A program made the translations under genes and the position numbers. A stretch of DNA of 64,000 bases from Adineta vaga (lineage: Eukaryota > Animalia > Rotifera): assembly GCA_021613535.1 (NCBI GenBank), contig CP075496.1, positions 7,502,001 through 7,566,000 of the forward strand, given 5' to 3'. Under the pieces are notes generated by a model. It was not told the origin of the DNA. It was given only the letters and a program-made list of their open reading frames with translations, and did not search any database. Of this stretch, positions 52,602 to 64,000 are shown piece after piece; position 1 is the first letter of the stretch; every line of letters begins with the position of its first letter.

Positions 52602-53581
52602 ACATTCCACCGAGTTTTCTTTATTTTACTTTTAATCAAGTAATTTTTTTTTATTAAAATATAATTATGACACAGGTGGTTTTTTCCAGAATTGCCAACA
52701 TATAAAAAACAAATATCTGCACAATATGAAATTAAAGTTTATCTTTAATATAAATCAACACAGGAAGTGTATCTGATAAAAAATAATATGTGGTCTGTAG
52801 GAACAATCTAGAGAAATCTAGAATATTCCTTTTAAAACCTAGTTAATAATTGAATACTTTTTTTTGTACTTGAGTTGCTACTAACAAATAAAGAAATATG
52901 AGAATATCATCAAAGGATAAAAAGTTAATAATGATAAGAAAGATTATCAAAAAATACCTAACTAACACACACACATCAAAAGTGCCTGCCTATTTTTTAT
53001 TCGAAATTCATTTTTATTCCTCAACATTATGAAAAAATGAAGAATAAGAAATATATTGTTACATTATGATATGAACAATCTTATTTTGAAGATCTTAAGT
53101 ATTGTGAAAGGTTTAAGAGAGAAAAACTATTAAATTCATAAAATTTTCTGTGTAATTATCAAGGACATGTATGTGTCGTTAAAATCCTTGAAAATTGATA
53201 TATCTCATATACAGTTTGTTTTTCTTTCTCGAGATGTGAAAATATCCTTGATAGTATTTGCCATTTTCATCCCTAGGCAAAACTGTTTGTCTGGGGCGAT
53301 GTTTACTCATAGTGAAGGTTCAGAAAATGTCAATCGTTCTTTGAAGTATCTGCGATTTTTTTCTAATGCACACTTGATTACTAACGTAATATTATCATTT
53401 GCAGATCATATATCATTGATACGATATTTTTAAAGACAAAAATTGTTTTTAGTTCAAACAATGACAAAGTTTATTTCAAATTTACATTTAACAAACAGAG
53501 AACATGAAATAGAACTAAATAGGAAAAAATTGTTTGTAAAAAGAAGTCACAGTATCATACAAATTTCATTATCTGATGAAA

Positions 53582-53845
53582 TCAATAGACAATATGTGAC
53601 TTTATAAATGGCCATCGTCCTATGCCATTCGGATGTCTTCCAGTACAAACATTCGATGGTCGACAACGGCAACTTGGACAACTTCTTTCTTCCACGATAA
53701 TTCCACAGGGACAATAGTTGTTGCATGGTGGGCATCGTCCAAAACCATTTCGTGCAATTGGAGATGCTTCAGTATTAGTTGGCATCAACCAAAGACACAG
53801 ACAAGCCATTGAAATAATAAGTGATAATAATTTGTAAGAACGCAT
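53582..53845 (-). CDS. Secreted antistasin-like Cys-rich peptide
   Basis: Signal peptide (..TEA|SP), then CPPCNNYCPCG..SCPSCRC, matching antistasin spacing CxxxCPxG-x7-CxxCxC; TATA-like element upstream. Confidence 0.7.
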   Translation of the reverse strand: MRSYKLLSLIISMACLCLWLMPTNTEASPIARNGFGRCPPCNNYCPCGIIVEERSCPSCRCRPSNVCTGRHPNGIGRWPFIKSHIVY

Positions 53846-54941
53846 TTTGTACTCACACTAGTAATGTATTAGATTGTTTGTAATGTATTTGTTCTCTCTA
53901 CTGGTAACTGGCAGATATATATATAGATAGATAGACGTGGAAAGTATTCTTAACCCGGAATATCTATAACTGGCTTTCTCTTTCTCTATCATAGATTTGT
54001 ACACGAAGTACATTTCCATTTTTCTTTAGTCACCAATCAAATGATATGATATGATATAATCTAATATGATAAGCTTTGCTTACTATAGAATAAACGAAGC
54101 TTATCTATTTCTTCCTATACTTCTAATATAGCCATCCGAGGACATTGAGAAGATGGCAGTGAGGAACAGAACTTAGAGTACATATTCTAGAATTCTAAAA
54201 ATACGAAAATATGCAACAACAAAAAATAAGCGAACTTTAATATTTATCCACAGTTATCTGCTCAATAGAGTTCATATAAAGTTTACGAATGATAGTATTC
54301 CATTGGTTCATTCGTTCGTTCAATTCAAATGCTTGTTCGATTTTTTTGCTTAACAACCAATCACGTAAGCCGATCGTAACTGAAATATTTCGTTCGTTTA
54401 CAACTAAGTAGTACGAAACTTGTCTACGTTTTTGATTGATTTCTACTAATAGAGTCTCCAAAGGTGAACGTATTCTGATTGAATCCTTTCTTTCTATTTA
54501 GACGTACGTGTAGGGTGCATCTTTTACTTTTCTTGTTCAAAAATAACTTATTAATAACTCTTATTCAAGATATCGATATTTCCTAATCTGACAACTTGTG
54601 ACCTTGGATGACGTTCTTATTTACGAAGAAAAAGAAACGACGTCAATAACGTGAATCAGATTGAAAATTATCTACGTATAGGCGTTGATTAATTGAATTA
54701 GAGTACTTTTCATCGCTAGTGCACCCAATAAACTTATCAATCAATTAAAATAATCGATTATGTATCCTATTGCTATTTTATTTACAACTTTATTCATTGA
54801 AACTTTCAGTTTTAACGATGAATGTCTTCTATTCTCTATTTTGTAGATATATCCATCTCTCTAACGTCTATTCGAGCATGTGTAAGTACTTGCTCAATGC
54901 ACAGACTGATCATTTTTGTGCTTTTTTCGATCTATTTAGAA

Positions 54942-57020
54942 ATGATCAATGCTGAAGTTCGAGTATATTTATTGCCAAATGCAATTGGTAAAGGACGTTT
55001 ATCTATATTTCGTGATGCATGTTCAAAATTTTCTCTTCAATATTTAACTTCATTTCATATTGATAATGTTGATTGTGTTATTGCTGAAGATACACTTGAT
55101 ACTCAGATTATTATTGAAAAAATTCTCCATCTTAATTCATCCAATTCACATATTCCACCGATCGTTAGTACACGATGGCTTAGTGAATCTTTACGTGCTC
55201 AAAAATTATTATCACGCGAACCATATATCCGATCTATAATATTAGAAAATCCTATGATACCAAGTGCAGATCATATTTTTATCGATGAAAAATTATCTCG
55301 AACAAGACATAGTAATGAACAGTCGATTATTCCTCGAATACGATCCAATTCAGATAGTGATTATGATGAAGATGAAGATTTGAATAAAACTGATGAAGAA
55401 TTAATTGTTAGTAATGTTTTATTTATTCTGAATTATTATATATTCAACTTTGATTTAGACATTGGCTTCCAAAGAAATTACATTTGCAGTAAGTTATATT
55501 TCAGTTTTGTCATAGAAGTATCATTTTATATGAATATTTAGAAAAGTAATTGGATGTGTTGTGAATCATCTGCATTACCTGTTGATTCTGTAATCAATCC
55601 AAATCAAGCTGTTATTGATAAACTTCAAGTAGAAATAATTTACTCATGAAAAAGATATGGAAATTTCCTGTATTCATTGTAGGAGATGGCGAATCTGTAT
55701 CGAAATTCGAATGATAAATGGCGTGCATTCGGTTATCAAAAAGCAATAAGTACATTGAAGAAATGTCATAAGCCTGTTACAACTTATGAAGTATATTTTT
55801 CAGTTGTCGAGTTTCAATAACTATAAGATTTGTTTGTCTAGGAAATCCGACAATTGCCTGGTATTGGTTCACGTTTAGCTGAGAAAATTGTTGAAATTAT
55901 GGAAACAGGTAGCATGACAAAACTGGAAGAATATCAAACTGATGCTGATATTGCTGTTATGGATTTATTTGGTCAAATATGGGGCATTGGACCTGCTCAA
56001 GCAAAACGATGGGTGGATCTAGTATGTCTATTCACTTTGAAAATGATTGTATAACTATCTTTCCCTCCCAATATTCAATTTAGGGATATCGAACATTAGA
56101 TGATCTTCGTACGAAAGCAAAATTGACGCATAATCAAATGATTGGATTGAAATACTGTTCTGACTTCCTTGAACGCATTCCAAGAGAAGAAGTGACACAA
56201 ATTGAAAATGTTGTATGTACGGAAAGAAAGAAACGAAAATAAATTTCTATTCAATTGCATCATTAGGTTCGAGAAGCGCCGAATCTATTCGACCTGGTCT
56301 ACTTATAATAACGTGTGGATCATATCGACGTGGTAAAGCAACATGTGGCGATTGTGATATATTAATAACACATCGAGATGGTGTTTCACATGAACATCTA
56401 CTTTATCCCTTAGTTGATAAGTTAAAAGCTACTGGTAAAAATTTCATTCTTAAAACAAACATTTCATTTGTAAATTATTTTTCGATAGGTTTTCTTATTG
56501 ATGATCTTGTGTATACAGATAAGCATGATGATGAACCTGGGTAAGAGTAATAATATTTCATAAATCGTTTGATATCGAATTTGTTACTTTTTTTCAAGGG
56601 CACATTTTCGATATTTTGGTGTATGTCGGTTACCTGGGGATAATCGTCTGGTAAGAATTATTTGTAAAATATGTGATTTGGACAATTTCATAAGAACTTT
56701 TAGCCGCGTCGAATTGATATTATTATTGTTCCATACACTGAACATGCTTGTGCACTTCTTTATTTTACTGGTTCGATGTTATTCAATCGTTCAATGCGTC
56801 AATTAGCCGATGAAAATAATATGTATCTATCTCAGCATCGTTTACATGTGGGAGTTATTCGAATGGTAAAGATTAAGATTTATATCGTCATCAATTTGTC
56901 TTTTTGTTCTAGGGGAAAAATAAAGTAAATGAAGGTCGCTTAGTACCAACACCAACTGAAGAATCGATTTTTCAATATTTGAAACTACCTTATCGACCAC
57001 CATCGGAACGCGATCATTGA
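54942..57020 (+). CDS. POLL: DNA polymerase lambda (BRCT + PolX)
   Basis: BRCT ([11 protein letters not shown]), [55 protein letters not shown], ends PSERDH*. Confidence 0.93.
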
Positions 57021-57277
57021 TTTGTATAATCTTTTCTTTTTCAAGTATATTTTATGAATAAATCAGATAGGAAATTTCAGGCTGAAGATTAGCTATGTTA
57101 AGAAATTAGAATATGAATAAAACTTAATTATTAACTGTTTCTTTCCTTCTCGGTTATATCTTCCTGTGGTGAAAATAGTTGTGCGATGAAATTATCGATG
57201 TTAGAATCAATGTTTTATTGAAGAAAAAACGAGATGAATCCAAACAAATAGTCTATCGTTATTGTACGCATATTTGA

Positions 57278-59080
57278 TCATGAATATACCGGCTTGAGTA
57301 TATCGGGTAGACCACCGATTGAATCAAGCGGTAATGTACTTGCTACAGGTGAATCAAGAATTGTTAATTCTGTTGATGTAAACCATTTTGGTAAAATGAT
57401 AACTCGAAATGGAATCAATAGTAATACTATTACAGGAAATCCAATTGCAGCAATTGTTTGTGAGATTGCAAAAAGAAGAGCGAAAGCAATGAGCATTGTT
57501 ATTGTATAAAGACCAATTTTCTTACGAGAAAGTCGAATTAATCGATCATCCATTTTAATATGATTAGGATCACGTATAAGATGTAATAATTGATGTGTAA
57601 TTGAACTCACTTCCACGGAACCCCAACCAATTCCAATAAAAACACCAGCTAAAACAGCACGTGATATCATAGAATAACAAGTAAGAAATGGGCCGATCAT
57701 GGTGAGAAGACAGAGAAGACTTTGAAGTGTATTTGTTATACGTTGTTCTTTAATTTTAACTAAAATATATTGCTGGACAGGTCGACGAGATTTATGAGTA
57801 GTCACAACAGCAGTTGGTACTTGATTTTCAACAGATTTATCTACTTTCCACCGACCTAGTGCATCGGTATGCATAGCACATTGTGGTACAAGTGCATTTG
57901 GATATGGTAGACCAAGAAAACCTGCAATGATTGTCGTGCATCCTAAGAGAAAAAAATCCCAATGGAATCCAGCTGGTTTTCTTAATGGATAATGTTTTGC
58001 TTGTGCTGTTAAACTAGAAACATTATGATCGAAATAAAATAAAGCTGTTAGAAGTATTGCAAATGGTAAAGCAATAAAAATATTTTTCACATCTACATCG
58101 GCTGGATTTACAAACCACGAACGATCTCTTATTGTTGGTTGATAAGCCGGTGTAACTGATAATCGTTCAATATTTGTCGAACGTAAATGACCTGGAATAA
58201 AAGCAAAACCAGTCCAGAAAATAACACAAAGTATCATGGCATAATCAACCAAAAAATCACGAATTATTCGATTAAAATATCCTGATTGACCGATATGGGT
58301 TAGTATCCAATAGGAAAAAAAGAAACCAAAAGCAATTAAAATCGACATAAATCCTTTTGTAGATGATTCATCAAAATCACCAATTATAAATTCAATGCCT
58401 TTCTGTATGTAAACAATGCCAACATAAAAGCCGAATATTTCTGCTGTAAAATTTGTCATATAACGAACATAGGTTACTAAATTAAATATAGCTATTAACC
58501 AATGAAGAATAGCTGCCCATATCGCCACCCAACACATAAAAGGTAAATAAGGTACCTGAGAATATCGACTGATTATATCATAAGTTGTATAATTAAATAA
58601 ACTTATTAAACCAGTAAAACCAACGATCGATATAGGTTGTACAGCAAATAGACCAAAAACAATACCTAAAATAAATCAGATTTCATTCTAATTACGATGA
58701 AAATCGAATTAACCTCCAAGAGCTGATGATAATAACGCTTCATTTACACCATAATAATGATCACTACGTAGATATAAATCAAGAGCATAGGCTAATGCTG
58801 GTATGGTATTGAGAAAAAAGATGCGAATAGTTGCCGCAAATATTCGATATGACAAAGCTAATTTCCAATCTGATAAATAATAAGGTAAACGTATTTTAAC
58901 ATCACGAATCATTCCAGCAAATGGATAACAAATTGAGGTATAATGTGATGAATAACCAGATTTTGGATCAAGTTGATTTTCATCTTCAATTCTTTGATTA
59001 TCGATTGTAACATCGTATATATCATCGATTGATGTTATAACAGACACATGTGTATTTTTATCACTTCGATCATCCATCAT
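57278..59080 (-). CDS. BOR1: Borate/HCO3- transporter (SLC4 family), fungal BOR1-type
   Basis: 2 exons (intron 58666-58713); RLPYYLSDW, YGVNEALLSSALG, FYFDHNVSSL, LRKPAGFHWDFFLLG, PNALVPQ, EQRITN; no large cytosolic N-domain. Confidence 0.9.
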
Positions 59081-60366
59081 TAATTAATTCTATAAATATA
59101 AATTTAGTTTTGATCTACTGAGAATGAAACGAGTAACGAAATTTTATGTCTGACGTTTATAAATGTACTCAACAGACAAAAATATAAGTTTGTAATGTAA
59201 CTCATTGACTTTATATCGATCTTACCAACATTTCATATCGTTTTGTCAACGTTTATTTCTTCACACACTTGACGTGTATTCAATTTTTTCAATACCCTCA
59301 GGATTCACGTCTTATTCAACAACTGTCTATAATTTATTCATTATAACTATATATGATCATACTAAAGATAAGTTTATATATGCAAAAATTCATCAAAATG
59401 TACGTTCATAACACACCATTGTTCTATTATATTTCAAGTTATTTACTTGCCTTGATATATTTATACTGAAACATTCATTGAATAAGTGTATTAAATATAT
59501 AAAACAAACATACGAACTAAAAAAAATTGATTCTAGATAAATAGGCACGAAATCGTAAATGCCATTTCAAGACATTTGCCATTTACATCAAATGAAAAAT
59601 GCATGCATTCTAAATTTTATCAATATGCCTATTTTAATCTAATGTTAGCTGTTTGCATTCGTGAATCGATCAGTCCAAAGTCCAATAACCTTCAAAAATC
59701 CGTTTTTATTTTTCAATTTTAAAAATACGTTTTCATTTCAATGAAGAAAAACATTCATGTGTTTATTTAATTAGAAAGCCCTAGATTTCCTATCAAATAT
59801 CAATCTTAATATTTCATTCTCTATGCATATATTTTCATTTCAATGTCTCTGAAGATTTAATCAATTAGTCCTTTAAACAAGGTCATGTACTTGTTTCAGA
59901 AGCAAAAAAATATACAAAGATTTTTCAAGATAATATTCAAGGTTAGACTCGATTAAATTTCATTTTCTAATCATCGTCATGATTTAATTTGACAAAAACA
60001 ACTTTTTTCATCGTTAATGATCAGTAATCAATAAAAAGGTGTTTGTACTTGCAGAATAGTTTATCACCATATCGTACGATAAACAACAAATAAGAATGAA
60101 GAACACAGGTAGTCAAATTCACTGAAGCATAAACAAACATTTAATTTCGTACATAGAAAACCGCATATTTCGTGAGTGTACATATTTTCATTAGGAGTAG
60201 AAAAATTGTTTTTTTTTGTACATATAAGTATACACAATTGTTTTTATTATTATTATAAAGAACAAATATTTGATTTATTTTTTTTTCTAAAAAAGAATTA
60301 TTATTTTATCTTCAGTCATTAAGTATAAGACAATAATAACAACACGAAAAAGAAAAAGGAGATCTT

Positions 60367-62255
60367 CTATGCAACAATTCTAACTCGAGGAGTAATGGGA
60401 AATGATAGAATGCTACTATTATTATTATTATTATTATTATTCGATGATGCTTGTCGATGTTTTTTAAACAAATTTGCAGCACATGCAAGAGCACCACCTT
60501 GCAAAAAACGAACAAGTTTATCTCCGGCTAATGGACCTAGCGCATAAATATTTTCATAATCGAGACATTCATATGTATAAGGATTGATATGAAGACCATT
60601 ATTTTTTTTCACGGTCAACGATGAAAGGAAAGGTACAGTCACATCAGACCCAGTTAATCGAGCAACGATAGATATATCATAGTCTGTTGTTGTATGTGTT
60701 CGAAGATTACGAATATAAGCTGTACCATCTTCTGTTATTGAGACAACTTCACTTTGTGGACAACATTGATAGGACCAAGAAGATATCTAAGAAGAAAGAG
60801 AAATGGATTAGTTCGAAAAACTATTTCTTAACATACTGTAGATGTTGTTGAAGAAGTTGATTGTCGAATTAATTCTCTAATACGTTCATATTCAGGATAA
60901 ACATTGGCAGGTAATTGATTGATTACAAGCTCATGATCATCAATAGCTCGACGAAAAACATGTAAAACAGGTACGGAATATTCTTGACACACAAGTAGTA
61001 CATCAATGGCTGTTAGACCACATCCAACCACCAGTACAGGTTTACTATTCTGTGTTAATCTTTTCTTTGTTAGAATCAATTCTTCCATTTCATGTAATGT
61101 TGTATAAGTAAATGATTTACTTGCTTGTTCACCAATAAAACCTAATGGTCTAGTTAGATTTTGTGGTATACCAGTGGCTAATACTACATATTTCGCATGT
61201 ATTATAAACGATTCTTTAGTTTGTTCATTATAACCACGTACTTCCCATAATGGTTCAGGTGTATGAATTTCTTCTGAAACATCATCGTAAAATGGTTCAT
61301 CAACTGAGACACGTTTAATTGATGTTATCTCATGACCATTACGAAAATAATTTGTTAAACGGTTTCTTTTAACGTAATGAAAATAATATGATCGAACTTC
61401 ATCATAAGTTGCTCGTGATGATGCATCATCAGTTGATATGCTTGATTGATCAGAATTTGGTATTGAACGACGTCGACTTGCACGACGTTGCTGACGAAAT
61501 GTTGCCATTGAATAATTTGGCAATTCCATCCAATCAGCCATACTAATGGTCTGTAACTGTTTTGATGTTAATTGATTCCAAACACCACCAATTCCACCGC
61601 GTCCAAGACAAACATGATCGATACTTAACGATGGTTCGTGACGCCATTTTATTTTCGATTGTAAATGTGCACCAAGATCGGCATCTGGATGGATTAAATT
61701 ATCAATTAATAATGAAACAGGATTTCTCGAACGACCTTCAAGTCCATCTGATAAAAATTCCAAATCCTAGAAATAGTTTGAAAACAATAAATAGAAGTTA
61801 TTTTTAACTCTTTGGAACATGAGCAAATCAAAACTAATATAACTTATTGTTATCCTGTACTTTAATCAGATTGTTTATGTCAAATAAATTTTACTTGAGA
61901 AGTATTCAACAGCTGATGTCATGTGAATATTTAGTACGAAAAAGCATTCTTTCATTTCTAAGCGACCTTTGCATCAAACTAACCTGTTCCAATAGTGATG
62001 TATCTTTTACATATTGTTCTAATTTAACATTCAAATAATCATTCGATACTGGACAACCATTCCAATAAGGTATATGACCCGAAAGAATATAAGAGAGAGT
62101 AATAGCGGATGGTCCATTACCTAGAAATAATTTCATTAAATATTCAAATAACAATGTTTGTTGGAGAAAAAAACAACTATGTACATACCAATAATAACAA
62201 CTTGTTTACGTTCGAAAAGATCTGGACAACATTGATCAGTAGTATGAGTGTTCAT
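60367..62255 (-). CDS. Oxidative stress-induced growth inhibitor (OSGIN1/2)-like FAD-dependent oxidoreductase
   Basis: 4 exons; VVIIG|NGPSAITLSYILSG, LEGRSRNPVSLLIDNLIHPDADLG, VVLATG, VLVVGCGLTA, IYALGPLAGDKLVRFLQGGAL. Confidence 0.9.
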
Positions 62256-63780
62256 TGGATAACGGCGTTGTTTCTTTCTTGTTGCTGTTCTTATGTTATA
62301 ATTTCTAGAAAATGTCTGTTTTTCTGCAAGAGCAAAGCAATAAATATCTTGATTCTGCTTTGTAAACGAGCGAAGAAAAAAAAGAGATAGACGAGAGAAT
62401 GTGCCTCGTCATTCTTCGATTATATATTCTTATATTTCTCTTTTTCTCTCTCTTTTTCTTTCTCTCTCGTTACTTTGTTCCGGAATTTGAGAGAAAGGCA
62501 TTTTTGTCTGTTCTCTTTCTAGACGAGACAGAACGAAAGAAAAAAAAATCTATAACAGAAGGTCGTAATCTCGTATTTTTCTTTAGCGGAAAGTACGAAA
62601 AAAACAGCCGAGAAAATGAACGCAGAGTTCAGCTGTTTTGCCACCAAAATAGCGTCACCGAACGTTCTGACATAATCTCATTTGCGATAGAGTTTAAGAA
62701 AAAAAAATTAATAATTATGCACATTCATCTTCCAGTTACTTCGATAAACAGGTATTCAAATCATTATGTATTAACATCATATATTTCTTTTTTTCTTCTC
62801 GTTCTATTACTTCTATGATGACAGTGCAAATCGTTGACTAGCTGACTAACGGTCTCTTCACAGTCTATTTTTGTTATGAAAAAAGAAAAATGTAGATGAT
62901 GATGTATAGATGTGAGAAAGAGAACAAGCAACAGGCGTGCACAATAACAATTCGAAACTAGTGAAACAATATGATATATTAACCTAGGCAATCGTATTGG
63001 AAGAAAAGAAAAGATTCTAAGAAAAACAATCTCTATCAATAAATCATCTTGCTTCATTGCTGATACTGTGTTGTCTTAGTCACACACTTGTTTTTCTTCT
63101 GATTATGACTATCTCTGACCCTTTCTGTTTCTATGTTGACTTTGTAGTAAACCTTATCTCTGTGGAAGAATGTTGTTTTCGAGGATAAAATTAGCAAAGA
63201 CAAAGTTCATTGCATATTGTAAACATATCTCCTATCAGCAAAAATCTATTCCATGTCATAAAAACAAGTAATATTTTTATACGCATTTCCATTAATGACG
63301 TTGCATATTTCTTGCAAACTACACATGTATATAATTGCTTTTGCTTTCTACGAATTAATCAATTCGCATTTGAATCGACATTAACTATGATAATAGAAAG
63401 AAAAAAAACGTACAATATCTCATTCTTATGGTAAAAACCTAATGATTGACACATTATTCTTTTCAAATGATTGGGTTGATGAAGGAGACGACATGAATAT
63501 TTCCCTCATCGTTTCCGATGCGTAACGATCAGTACGTTCGAATCTTTCGAGATATTATTTTAATAAATAAACTTACACACATATTCTCAATATACAGTTA
63601 GATATGATCAAATAGTCATATATACTATTTGACGAAAAAAAATGAAACATTCTTTACAATAGAGAAGTACAAGTATTTGTTGTGTAATCGAAGTGCACAA
63701 GAAATAAAAGGAGAAAACTTTTGAAATACTGTTGTCATTTCGATCACCGCAGCGATGGACATAGAAAACAAAGTTTTGAA

Positions 63781-64000
63781 TTAGGTTTTTTTTATTTGAT
63801 TGCAAGCCATTGCTGCAGCAAAGAGTAAATCATCATCATCATTATCATTGAGTTGAGATGGTTTTTCCACGGATGGATAGAGTTGATCAAGTTGAATAAA
63901 TACTTGATGAAGATTTATATCTGTTTGATTGGATAGTTTTTGTAAAGAATCAAATGAAAATGGTAAAGATATTTTATCATCTTCAGATGATGTGGAAGAA
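63781..64000 (-). CDS. 3' end of an unidentified gene running off the window
   Basis: Open frame from the window edge: SSTSSEDDKISLPF...NDDDDLLFAAAMACNQIKKT*. Confidence 0.5.
   Translation of the reverse strand, partial: SSTSSEDDKISLPFSFDSLQKLSNQTDINLHQVFIQLDQLYPSVEKPSQLNDNDDDDLLFAAAMACNQIKKT

Noticed and set aside
1-64000. Prokaryotic systems (CRISPR, defence islands, IS elements), rRNA, tRNA
   Set aside because: The sequence is spliceosomal-intron eukaryotic DNA. No repeat-spacer array, transposase, reverse transcriptase, rRNA or cloverleaf was recognised.

Overview
AT-rich, gene-dense eukaryotic DNA with many 45-60 nt GT-AG introns. The intron sizes, the receiver/ART/TPR gene family member and the fungal- and bacterial-type intron-bearing genes suggest a bdelloid rotifer (inference, not proven). 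The ORF track shows only exon fragments, so gene models were spliced by hand. About 20 genes were found: NCKAP5-like coiled-coil protein with two first exons, EF-hand protein, XXYLT1, NAA40, a mitochondrially targeted triple cold-shock-domain protein, a ~1205-aa RWD-MJ1316-EEP-2H-poly(A) polymerase RNA end-repair candidate, alpha-carbonic anhydrase, lipidated pseudo-ART/TPR protein, CNDP2, a CHZ-motif basic protein, DnaJ-B with a polyQ/H tail, THOC2, two head-to-head acidic disordered paralogs, frameshifted NASP, ASPSCR1/TUG, antistasin-like peptide, DNA polymerase lambda, fungal-type BOR1 and OSGIN. The most notable locus is 13118-19256 (-). There the RNA-repair multidomain gene, the RNA-chaperone gene and NAA40 are separated by only 88 and 146 bp. 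Each spacer holds a polyA signal followed by an unpaired splice acceptor, which is the architecture of a trans-spliced operon.
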